Origin: Nemertoderma westbladi
Taxonomy: Eukaryota > Animalia > Xenacoelomorpha
Direction of reading: 5' to 3'
DNA length: 64,000 bases
Assembly (NCBI GenBank): GCA_032718475.1
Contig: JAUCBJ010009116.1
Coordinates: forward strand, 62,714-126,713
The translations under genes and the position numbers were made by a program. Positions 23,813 through 35,091 of this stretch are shown here, piece by piece. Every line of letters begins with the position of its first letter. Positions within the stretch are counted from its first letter, which is position 1. The notes beneath the pieces were generated by a model. That model worked only from the letters and a program-made list of their open reading frames with translations, was not told the origin of the DNA and did not search any database.

Positions 23813-24562
23813 CAAACTGACCTAGAGCATAAACGGCGCTTACGATTATGATGAAATTTTGCATGAAACATGAAAATAGATTTCTATGGGTTCTTGTGAA
23901 ATCGCAGATTCGCAAATTTAAATTTAAACATCTCAACTTGTTTTATTTCGAAAAATAGCCCCAAAACACGAAAATTGAGATAGGAGCAATGATAAAAACA
24001 CCAACTGGCACTCATGAAAAATGTATAGAGATGGCCTGGTAATGCATTCAATAGGGGCCAACTAACAAAAAAGTACTTTATGTGTCAAGTATTATCACTC
24101 TACTCTATAACCTAGACAGTAAGCAAACATTAACTGTCTCAGCTGAATAACTCTTCCCAATGCATCCTATGGGAAAATATACAATGTTACTCACTCTGCT
24201 ATGTTAATTAATGGCAGTGATTTTTTATGTCAATTTATTTGACTTTTTTTGTCACTTTTTTTTTACGAATTATGCATAATGACTTTTGTTGTCCATTTAA
24301 TGACTTTTATTGTCACTTTTTATGTATGTATTTCTTCAAACTGTCAGACTGCTGATTTCTGGACTGTCAGACAGTTGATTTCACTATGCCTGTGCCAAAA
24401 CATTCCATGATTCCATGATTTATAGACTATGAGATAGATTTCCATATGCGCCTGTGGTAAAAAGACTCTATATTTAATAGTTTGTGGTTGTTGTCGATAA
24501 TCGATTACCACATGACGTAGCAAAACACTCATTTTATAGCCAAAAACAATTACCAATTGATG

Positions 24563-25128
24563 GAAAGGAGCTGGTTAAGGCCGAGTTTTCTAACCAAAAC
24601 AATAAACAGTCACTTTACCAAATCAGGGAAAGGAGCAGGTTACAGAGACGGGATTTTCTAACCAAAACAATAAACGATCATTTAACTAATTGAGGGAAAG
24701 GAGCAGGTTACAGAGACGGGATTTTCTAACCAAAACAATAAACGATAACATTACCAATTGAGAGAAAGGAGCAGCTTACAGAGGCGGGATTTTCTAACCA
24801 AAACAATAAACGATAACATTACCAATTGAGGGAAAGGAGCAGGTTACAGAGGCGGGATTTCCTAACCAAAACAATAAACGATCACTTAAACTAATTGAGG
24901 GAAAGGAGCAGGTTACAGAGGCGGGATTTTCTAACAAAACAATAAACAGTCACTTTACCAAATCAGGGAAAGGAGCAGGTTACAGAGACGGGATTTTCTA
25001 ACCAAAACAATAAACGATCATTTAACTAATTGAGGGAAAGGAGCAGGTTACAGAGACGGGATTTTCTAACCAAAACAATAAACGATCATTTAACTAATTG
25101 AGGGAAAGGGGCAGGTTACAGAGGCGGG
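24563..25128. repeat. 68-bp minisatellite, about 8 copies
   Basis: Unit ttttctaaccaaaacaataaacgatcatttaactaattgagggaaaggagcaggttacagagacggga. Confidence 0.93.
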
Positions 25129-26008
25129 CCTTCTGTGCTGTTGGAAGTAGTGGAGCCGCTATCCGTAACACTACTCAGACAGTAGTCATGATCCATTATT
25201 GATTATAAAACTAATACAGTAAGGCCTAAATTATGTGAAAGGTATATCCACATTTTCCACAATCCTGCAATCCAGTTTCGCCTATCAATTATTTAAAATT
25301 TATTAGCACAACCGGTAGGCCTACCATTACCGTATTTAAATGGTAGGCTACACAGTAGGCCTATAGCAGTACCAGTGCCGGTACCGGTACTAAAATACAG
25401 AAATACCTGCTTTATACCTACATCTGTACATACAATACAGCAAAATAGTGCTATATATACTGTATACTAACCGGTACTGATAGCCTGAGAGAACAGCAGT
25501 AGAGAAACCGGTAGCATGGAACCTAACATTAGACTTTTGGATGACATAAAAAATCAAAAAAAATTGACAAAAAAAGGATAAAAATGGACAATAAAAATTA
25601 TTGCGTTAATTAATTGGCGTGCAAGCTAAATGACTGTTAGTTACACAGTGTGTTGGCTACACAGTGTATTGTACTATGCTCTCATCGCATTATTGTTTTA
25701 TTTTTAAATCTTTGTGCCAACATTAATACCGTGGAGGCTGTATGCCCATAAAGCTGAATGTTTACTCAGCCTCATGATTCTCCATAAGGCTAACATTATG
25801 AAATATGTTTGAAATATAAAAATCTGTTATAATAATAATATAATTGTTGTATTTAATTAATATCGTGGTTTACATTGAACAGTGTAAATTGTTATTCGTG
25901 GTTTACATCTCAACTAACTTGTTTTATTTATTGCAAGCCGGCACAGCATTCTTAAAAATGCAGCTGCAATGCAGCATGCCGATCCTAGTAGTATTTATTG
26001 CAAAAATA

Positions 26009-28967
26009 TACGGAAGCCCATAGCGGCCAGGACTCAAACATTAATGTGGGACACAAACATTAATGAGGGACACATTAATGAGGGACACAAACATTAATGA
26101 GGGTCATAAACATTAATGGGGGACACAAACATTAATGAGGGACACAAACATTAATGAGGGACACAAACATTAATCAGGGACACACATTAATAAGGGGTAC
26201 AAACATTAATGAGGGACACAAACATTAATGAGGGACACAAACATTAATCAGGGACACACATTAATAAGGTACACAAACATTAATGAGGGACACAAACATT
26301 AATCAGGGACACACATTAATAAGGGGTACAAACATTAATGAGGGACACAAACATTAATGAGGGACACAAACATTACTCAGGGACACACATTAATAAGGTA
26401 CACAAACATTAATGAGGGACACAAACATTAATGATGGACACAAACATTAATGAGGGACACAAACATTAATTAGGGACACAAACATTAATTAGGGACACAA
26501 ACATTAATTAGGGCACAAACATTAATTAGGGACACAAACATTAATTAGGGATACAAACATTAATAAGGTACACAAACATTAATGAGGGACACAAACATTA
26601 ATGAGGGACACAAACATTAATGAGGGACACATATTAATGAGGGACACAAACATTAATGAGGGACACACATTAATGAGGGACACAAACGTTAATGAGGGAC
26701 ACAAACATTAATGAGGGACACAATCATTAATGAGGGACACAAACATTAATGAGTGACACAAACATTATTGGGGGACACAAACATTAATGAGGGACACAAA
26801 CATTAATGAGGGACACACATTAATGAGGGACACAAACATTAATGAGGTACACAAACATTAATGAGTGACACCTTAATAATTTGTCTGCCTAGGGGCCACA
26901 CATATGCTTACAAACCCTTACTCATATATTTACTTAAAGTATAAAAACCTTTCAAATCACACATACAGACATATGCTTACAAGTTTACAAGTTCCATCAC
27001 AGAAACTTATACCACAAATGCATCAAAACTATTTCTACCTCACCTGATTTATATTGAACTAGAAAGCCTGTGGCCCTTCGGGCCACAGCTTTCTAGTGCA
27101 CGTCAGATGATATATGAATGGATCTAGGACACTTCCCCCCCGGACACTTCCCCCCCGCCCAAGTAGGACACTTCCCCCCCGGACACTTCCCCCCCGGACA
27201 CTTGCCCCCCGGACACTTCCCCCCCAGTTAAAGTGTTAAAATTAATCTGGGTGCATCAAAGCAATAAACAAAAGTTAAAGATGGTTACAGGACAAGTTGT
27301 ATCTAGACAAGTTTTTTCAAAATTATAAAAGAAACATTTTTATAGTCAAATTTTGTTTGTTTTTCTTTTAATTCCTTTAATTCTTTTAATTTATTTTAAT
27401 TGGGGGCTGCCGCCCCCAAACCCTCGCATCTTTTCTTGGGGGTTATCGCCCCCAGACCCCGGCATTTCCCTGAGTGCCCGTTGAAATAATTAATTCATGT
27501 TTGTATCATCAGATAATAAATTGACTAAGCCTAAAGTAGGAGCTGTATTGAATGTTAACCAATTTAATATATAAATTACTACAATATTATATAATTCAAC
27601 AAAATCCTATTAAAAATATTGCAAGTAACCAGGAAATTTAATATGTAGTGTGTATAATATCTATATAGTATGTATAGTATGTATAGTAGTAATATATATA
27701 TCAATATGTAATGCTGAACACAGAATACAGGTCGACGCATGTCGATTTTACCCTGGAGAGGTGTAATTTTAATTGCAACAATAATATTCATCCCCATCTG
27801 CTACAATTTGAAGAAGACTATTACATAATAATACCTATAATTAAAACAATTAATTATTATGATTCTATAGTTAATAAAAACAGTATATCATTCCGGGGAT
27901 GGAATTTATAGGTCATCTAATATAATTAATTGTTTAAAGATTAGCAAACAATACGATGTAATTGCATTGATAAAACCCATAAATAAAACTTGGATATAAA
28001 ATGTAAAATCGGGATGCAAAAGATCACTTTCTGAGCTACGAAAGGAAAATTGGATACAACTTATCTGGATACAAGCGGTCCGTTTACCTTACAAAATGAA
28101 AAATACGAATGTGCGAAGTTAAGATCAGTCGGGGGGGAAGTGTCCGCGGGGGGGAAGTGTCTGGGGGGGAAGTGTCCGGGGGGGAAGTGTCCTACTTGAG
28201 CGGGGGGGAACTGTCCGGGGGGGAAGTGTCCGGGGGGGAAGTGTCCGAACACCATATGAATATGTGCGGGATGTGAGGGAATATCCCTCATTAATGTTTG
28301 TGTCCCTCATTAATGTTTGTGTCCCTCATTAATGTTTGTGTCCCTCATTAATGTTTGTCTCCCTCATTAATGTTTGTGTCCCCCAATAATGTTTGTGTCC
28401 CTCATTAATGTTTGTGTCCCTCATTAATGTGCCCCTCATTAATGTTTGTGTCCCACATTAATGTTTGTGTCCCTCATTAATGTGTGTCCCTCATTAATGT
28501 GTGTCCCTCATTAATGTTTGTGTCCCTCATTAATGTTTGTCTCCCTCATTAATGTTTGTGTCCCTCATTAATGTTTGTGTCCCTCATTAATGTTTGTCTC
28601 CCTCATTAATGTTTGTGTCCCTCATTAATGTGTGTCCCTCATTAATGTGTGTCCCACATTAATGTTTGTGTCCCCCATTAATGTTTGTGTCCCTCATTAA
28701 TGTTTGTGTCCCTCATTAATGTTTGTGTCCCCCATTAATGTTTGTTTCCCTCATTAATGTGCCCCTCATTAATGTTTGTGTCCCACATTAATGTTTGTGT
28801 CCCTCATTAATGTGTGTCCCTCATTAATGTGTGTCCCACATTAATGTTTGTGTCCCCCATTAATGTTTGTATCCCTCATTAATGTTTGTGTCCATCATTA
28901 ATGTGCCCCTCATTAATGTTTGTGTCCCACATTAATGTTTGAGTCCTGGCCGCTATGGGCTCCCGTA
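26009..28967. mobile_element. Foldback-shaped non-autonomous DNA transposon with long inverted arms of 21-bp repeats and a 6-bp TSD
   Basis: Starts tacggaagcccatagcggccaggactcaaacattaatg and ends cattaatgtttgagtcctggccgctatgggctcccgta; flanked by aaaata (26003-26008 and 28968-28973); arms are (acacaaacattaatgaggg)n and its reverse complement. Confidence 0.9.
27120..28253. mobile_element. Non-autonomous TIR element (MULE-like), copy A, nested in the foldback element
   Basis: ggatctaggacacttcccc...ggggaagtgtccgaacacc; TSD atatgaat (27112-27119 and 28254-28261); nearly identical to 33488-34705. Confidence 0.9.
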
Positions 28968-29389
28968 AAAATAAGAACGAATTTGTCTTATCACTTCTTG
29001 TGCGCGATTGTATTGAATTCATGACAACTGCTGTTATTATTATTAATCAATTGACACCTCGACTCCTCTCTGAGACTCCGACTACTCTATCCGATAGAAT
29101 AAAATAGTCATTTCGCTAACTGCTCTCTATCTTCTATAATCACAACAGCTTTTATAATTCATTAGATGATTACAACATAATAATTATAGTTTGAAGTTGT
29201 CTAGAAAATTTATCGTACACCACCGGGACTAACCTCACACTAATCCCTTTCTAGTCAATAAATAAAAATATGTCATCATTATTGTATTATGGGAGATTAT
29301 GGGAAATAACACCGATATCAATTACGTCGTCTCTAATCAATATTATAAATGTTTTTATTCTGTTTTTTTTGCAAACAATACTGTCGTGT

Positions 29390-29546
29390 GCTCATTATAG
29401 TAAGTTGCATGCTCATTGCTCATTATAGTAAGTTGCGTGCTCAAAATAGTAAGTTGGGTGCTCATTATAGTAAGTTGCATGCTCATTGCTCATTATAGTA
29501 AGTTGCGTGCTCAAAATAGTAAGTTGCGTGCTCATTATAGTAAGTT
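29390..29546. repeat. About 21-bp tandem repeat (gctcattatagtaagttgcgt) with a 70-bp higher-order duplication
   Basis: Direct inspection. Confidence 0.85.
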
Positions 29547-29618
29547 TGTGTAGACTAACAAAAAATGGATCCGGGTCTCGCAACTAATTTACCTAATTTT
29601 TCTTTCTTTTTTTAACAG

Positions 29619-29822
29619 GTACTAGAAAGGTGTCGATAACATCAGCGGATATCCGAAATTACATGAAGAATGTTCGCCAAGCGAAACAGCGCCAGTCAAT
29701 GCAGTTGGCGCTGGATCAGGCGGCTCAACAAGAGCGACAGGACCACTTTATGGCTATGCCGGCTTGCAAGTTTCCTGTCGCCGTATTGTGTTGTGTTATG
29801 AATGTAATAGTCCCAGGGTTGG
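29619..29822 (+). CDS. stum: stum-like exon 4
   Basis: taacag|...AMPACKFPVAVLCCVMNVIVPGLG|gtaagt, matching the stum/SPEC3 motif AIP.M...AV.C..LN..VPGLGT; 204 nt, phase 1-1. Confidence 0.92.
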
Positions 29823-29923
29823 GTAAGTACTGAATGTAACAGGTTGTTACTAGTTGAACTTCTGTTTTATTGTGTACGTCTACTCGAAATTATCTAATAT
29901 TTCAGGCAAGAAGTACCTCCCTA

Positions 29924-30195
29924 AAGCCCTGTTCACATCCAACGGTGCGTGAGCGGTAAAGTAGTCTAGCGGTATTGAAGCGGTAAGCCAGCGGTACACT
30001 ACCCAGAGCCCGTTCACACCCAACGGTACCGTTGCGGTAACTGATTGTTTATCTGTCGACTGTGTCGATTACATTAATTGTTTTAACATTGTTTAAATGG
30101 GCTGCGGTAAACCGCGCGGTTTAGCGTACAACTACGTACCTGTTGGGTCGTTCACAGTCAGCGGTGTACCGTTCCGTTGGATGTGAACGGGCCTT
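29924..30195. mobile_element. MITE of about 270 bp (PIF/Harbinger-like termini)
   Basis: TIR aagccctgttcacatccaacgg / ccgttggatgtgaacgggcctt with TWA-like flanks. Confidence 0.75.
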
Positions 30196-30576
30196 TAAGG
30201 AAGGATGAATTGATGAGTTGACGTAATGAATATAAATTTATAGTTTTAATTTAGTTTCTTATCAATTTAAGGAAAGGAATAGGTATCAGTGACAGGCTAT
30301 TCTAACTAAAAGCAGGAGTCAATAACACAGGAGAACATGTTCCTTCTTATCTTATTTAATAAATCTAATAAAGTTTCACTCCAATTTAAAATATGATGAC
30401 TCATTGGGTATTTTTTTCTAACAATTTAACATTACCACTGTGATGTAGACGTTACAACTCTAGACAAGTGACTTTACACGTCCGGGGGGGCCTTCGCGCA
30501 GCAAAAATTAGCAAAAATTTAGGTCATGAATCGGTATTAATCATAAAATACATTTTAATATGAATAAATTTTTCAG

Positions 30577-30762
30577 GAACTGTAGTATCTGGTTTCACCC
30601 TTCTCTGTGGATCCAGTGGTAATAAAAAGAAATACGACCACGCTATGAAGCAAGTGCTGGCCAACGTGTTTATAGGTCTCAGTATGTTCTTTACAGTAAC
30701 GTTCTTCTTGGTTGGCTGGATATGGAGCATCGTATGGGGATACCAATTGGTATCATTCGCCA
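30577..30762 (+). CDS. stum: stum-like exon 5
   Basis: GTVVSGFTLLCG...NVFIGLSMFFTVTFFLVGWIWSIVWG..., the stum/SPEC3 GW.WSI.WG motif; 186 nt, phase 1-1. Confidence 0.93.
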
Positions 30763-31148
30763 GTAAGTATTTATTTATATTGGATACCAATTGGTATCAT
30801 TCGCCAGTAAGTGTTTATTTATATTGGATACCAATTGGTATCATTCGCCAGTAAGTATTTATTTATATTGGATACCAATTGGTATCATTCGCCAGTAAGT
30901 ATTTATTTATATTGGATACCAATTGGTATCATTCGCCAGTAAGTGTTTATTTATATTGGATACCAATTGGTATCATTCGCCAGTAAGTGTTTATTTATAT
31001 TGGATACCAATTGGTATCATTCGCCAGTAAGTGTTTATTTATATTGGATACCAATTGGTATCATTCGCCAGTAAGTGTTTATTTATATTGGATACCAATT
31101 GGTATCATTCGCCAGTAAGTGTTTATTTATTTATATTGGATACCAATT
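30738..31148. repeat. 44-bp minisatellite, 9 copies, spanning the donor of stum-like exon 5
   Basis: Unit ggataccaattggtatcattcgcca|gtaagtRtttatttatatt. Confidence 0.97.
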
Positions 31149-31434
31149 ACCTAAATTCCTAAATTTGTACACTACCCGGTTAAAAAGTACGCATGTGATG
31201 GGATTAGTCCTACAATTGCGCCAATAAAAGATAAGTTATTTTCGGTAAAATAAACTTATCATTCGAGGTTAAGACCCCTAGATCCCTTCCTATAATAAAT
31301 GCATAAGAAACATGTAAGAAATGTGATTAAATTGACATGGAAAGGAGTCAATGCAAACAGAATGGAAAAGGGGCTAGTTTTATACTTAGTGCAATAACAA
31401 TTAATGAATCGCCCCATTTTTATTTCATTTACAG

Positions 31435-31487
31435 AAGAACACCAGAAAATTGAGGATAGAAAACAGTTAAAGAATCTACTTGCTTGA
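31435..31487 (+). CDS. stum: stum-like exon 6 (terminal)
   Basis: tttacag|AA EHQKIEDRKQLKNLLA*; phase matches exon 5. Confidence 0.7.
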
Positions 31488-31719
31488 TTGAGAAGACTTT
31501 AAGTTTGGTGGATAAATAGATATTAATTACCAGAAACATTAATGAAATGGATTTATAACATAGTATATATTTTCAGCCAGTTTATGCGATATTCCTGGGG
31601 TTAATTTATTTATAAACTTTGCCCTCCAACTGTTATGCAGCCCGGGTTCGTTACATGTATAATTCATTACCTATTTATATTATTTTATTGAATAGGAAAA
31701 ACTTTTAGGCTCGTTAAGC

Positions 31720-32079
31720 CAAGGAATGCCTGTTCACCACCATGGGTGATCTTCCACAGTAAACCCTTCCACTCTGTTTCCTAAAGGAATGCCTGTTCAC
31801 CACCGTGGGTGATCTTCCACAGTAAACCTTTCCACTCTGTTTCCTAAAGGAATGCCTGTTCACCACCGTGGGTGATCTTCCACAGTAAACCTTTCCACTC
31901 TGTTTCCCAAGTTGCCTTGGTTCCCATTTATCGACCACTGAAGAATGAAAGCCGGGGTTGGGCTAGGCTGCAGCATTTAAAGCACTGTTGCCCAAACAGT
32001 GCTGCCCCATCTAGGGATCGAACCAGGGCTCCCTAATTGGAAGCCCAGGAATTTCACCACTAGACCAAGCTGCTGCCTC
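31720..32079 (-). mobile_element. tRNA-derived SINE with a triplicated 63-bp tail
   Basis: Minus strand: A box TGGTCTAGTGG, B box GGTTCGATCCC, then ggctttcattcttcagtggtcgataaatggg; the tail unit is repeated 3 times at 31720-31907. Confidence 0.8.
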
Positions 32080-32735
32080 ATTGCAATATTATTTTATTTG
32101 TCTACTAGTAAAATAACATGTCATTATTCCATTAAAATAATGTAAATAATTATTATCCTACTTGGTAAAATAATTGTTAAATAAAATGATATAAATGGTT
32201 TATTCTGGTTCATTTGTTACGGCCATTTCAATTTGTATGAGGAAGAAAGATATACACCATGTCCTGGAATATGGTGTCGTTTCACCTCTCACCTCGTTGC
32301 TGGCTGAGCCTGAATTTTTATTTTTGCTTTCAATATTATAAGAATATTATAATGTTATTTACTATATAAGAAAGAACTAAGAAAAAAAAAACCAGATGAA
32401 CTTGCCAACAAAGCCAAAAAAACAAAAACAAAAATATAAACAAAGATATAAACGAATCGCCCAAATGACAGTAAGGTATAATTGATACATAACCACATTA
32501 TAAATTACATACATACCTAAAAGTATATATATATACGGAGATTGACAATAGACAAGGTGTGTATAACAAAAACAGTACGGTTCAATAAAGCAAGACTGCT
32601 AAATAACAAAATAGTTTGTGAATGAAGGCCCAGATTAAATCAATGTTGAAACTTTGTTATATTAAATTAATAGATTGTGCGAAGGAGATAGTTAGTACTT
32701 GTTTTTAGTTAATTTATTAGTACCCTTAACAGATT

Positions 32736-33340
32736 CTAACGGTTTTGAGAATATAGGTAAAACGATTTTAATTTTTTCAAAAAAACAGATTTATTAGGTA
32801 TACGTCGAATTTCTGGGTCTAAGGTATTCCACAGTTTGGGACCTTGCATTGCTAACGATTGGTGCGCTATATTTAGTCTTACCCTTGGGAAATGAAAGCC
32901 TCCCGCTGCTGCAGCTCTTGTGTTATATGAGTGATGTGTTGAAAGTTTAGTAAATAATTGTGATAAGGGCGAGGATAAATCTCGGCTAACGTCGTACATA
33001 ATGCTGCAAACTTGATATTTATATAAATTTTCAACTGGCAATATATTTAGCTTTCGATACAATGGGAGGGATGACTCTTGGAAGTGGCTAAACGTCATAA
33101 CCCTTAAAATTTTATTTATTTTAATTCTAACAGGTTTAATTATAGAAGAATAAGTACTTCCCCATACAATTAACCCATATTGCACATAGGGGTAAATTAG
33201 TGAAAAAAAAAAGCGTACGTAAAATATGTAACGGGAAAATATGACGTAAGCGATAAAAAAGTCCAGCAGATTTTGAGATTTTTTTAAGAATATATTTGAT
33301 ATGATATCTGAAATTTAGATTATTATCAATTTTTCCAAAA
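32736..33340 (-). mobile_element. L2/CR1-group LINE ORF2 3' fragment
   Basis: QYGLIVWGSTY...LPLYRKLNILPV...HSYNTR...GPKLWNTL...FLKKLK. Confidence 0.85.
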
Positions 33341-33487
33341 TATGTTCTGGAATAAAAAATATTTGTAACTAAGGGTTCATTTTTTCAAAATAAATAGTTA
33401 GTATATTCTAGAACGATTTCTATACAAAAAGCAACAAGTACTAACTAGCTATAATAATAAAATTGGAGAGGAAAATATAAAATTGTG

Positions 33488-34705
33488 GGATCTAGGACAC
33501 TCCCCCCCGGACACTTGCCCCCCGGACACTTCCCCCCCGGACACTTCCCCCGGACACTTCCCCCCCCGGACACTTCCCCCCGGACACTTCCCCCCCGGAC
33601 ACTTGCCCCCCGGACACTTCCCCCCCAGTTAAAGCGTTAAAATTAATCTGGGTGCATCAAAGCAATAAACAAAAGTTAAAGATGGTTATAGAACAAGTTG
33701 TATCTAGACAAGTTTTTTCAAAATTATAAAAGAATCATTTTTATAGTCAAATTTTGTTTGATTTTCTTTTAATTCCTTTAATTATTTTAATTTCTTTTAA
33801 TTGGGGGCTGCCGCCCCCAAACCCCCGCTTCTTTTCTTGGGGGCTACCGCCCCCAAACCCCCGCTTCTTTTCTTGGGGGCTGCCGCCCCCAAACCCCGGT
33901 ACTTCCCTGAGTGCCCGTGGTGAAAGACTTAAGACCACTTTGAAATAATTAATTCATGTTTGTATCATCAGATAATAAATTGACTAAGCCTAAAGTAGGA
34001 GCTGTATTGAATGTTAACCAATTTAATATATAAATTACTACAATATTATATAATTCAACAAAATCCTATTAAAAATATTGCAAGTAACCAGGAAATTTAA
34101 TATGTAGTGTGTATAATATCTATATAGTATGTATAGTAGTAATATATATATATCAAGATGTAATGCTGAACACAGAATACAGGTCGACGCATGTCGATTT
34201 TACCCTGAGAGATTTTACCCTTTCATCCCCATCTGCTACAATTTGAAGAAGACTATTACATAATAATACCTATAATTAAAACAATTAATTATTATAATTC
34301 TATAGTTAATAAAAACAGTATATCATTCCGGGGATGGAATTTATAGGTCATCTAATATAATTAAATGTTTAAAGATTAGCAAACAATACGATGTAATTGC
34401 ATTGATAAAACCCATAAATAAAACTTGGATATAAAATGTAAAATCGGGATGCAAAAGATCACTTTCTGAGCTACGAAAGGAAAATTGGATACAACTTATC
34501 TGGATACAAACGGTCCGTTTACCTTACAAAATGAAAAATACGAATGTGCGAAGTTAAGAGCAGTTGGGGGGGAAGTGTCCGCGGGGGGGAAGTGTCTGGG
34601 GGGGAAGTGTCCGGGGGGGAAGTGTCCTACTTGAGCGGGGGGGGGAACTGTCCGGGGGGGAAGTGTCCTGGGGGGAAGTGTCCTGGGGGGAAGTGTCCGA
34701 ACACC
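33488..34705. mobile_element. Non-autonomous TIR element (MULE-like), copy B
   Basis: Same termini as copy A; 9-bp TSD aaaattgtg (33479-33487 and 34706-34714). Confidence 0.92.
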
Positions 34706-35091
34706 AAAATTGTGGTTTAGGGTTCGCTTCGCTTAGCGTTCAGCAAATAAACTTTGTATAACAACAACAACAACAGTTTATTTGCTTCAGGTTGATATAT
34801 CGTATATCACTCCTAGAACAGGTGATATTCTCTGTATAATAATAATACAAGATTTAATTCGTGATTACATAAATTTTATTGATTTAGCATTTTTGGAAGA
34901 TATTTGTCCTCAAATCTGGATAGTAAGGCCTTTATTATCTGGACTTTTGCTGAAAAAAGGGGATATTTTAAAGAAACCTTAAAATGTAATATTATTATAT
35001 CTAAATTATTACACAATAATCTTGTATCTATAGACAATACTACTAGGCACCATGTTGTTCAATATATTGTCTTTATTTTGTAATTTTACCA

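Noticed and set aside
23560-25990. Single Helentron-like element spanning the 7-bp microsatellite and 68-bp array and ending in a hairpin plus CTAGT
   Set aside because: Suggestive layout, but matching subterminal repeats could not be established by eye.
32000-32079. tRNA gene
   Set aside because: A and B boxes are present but there is no convincing acceptor stem, and it continues into a SINE body.
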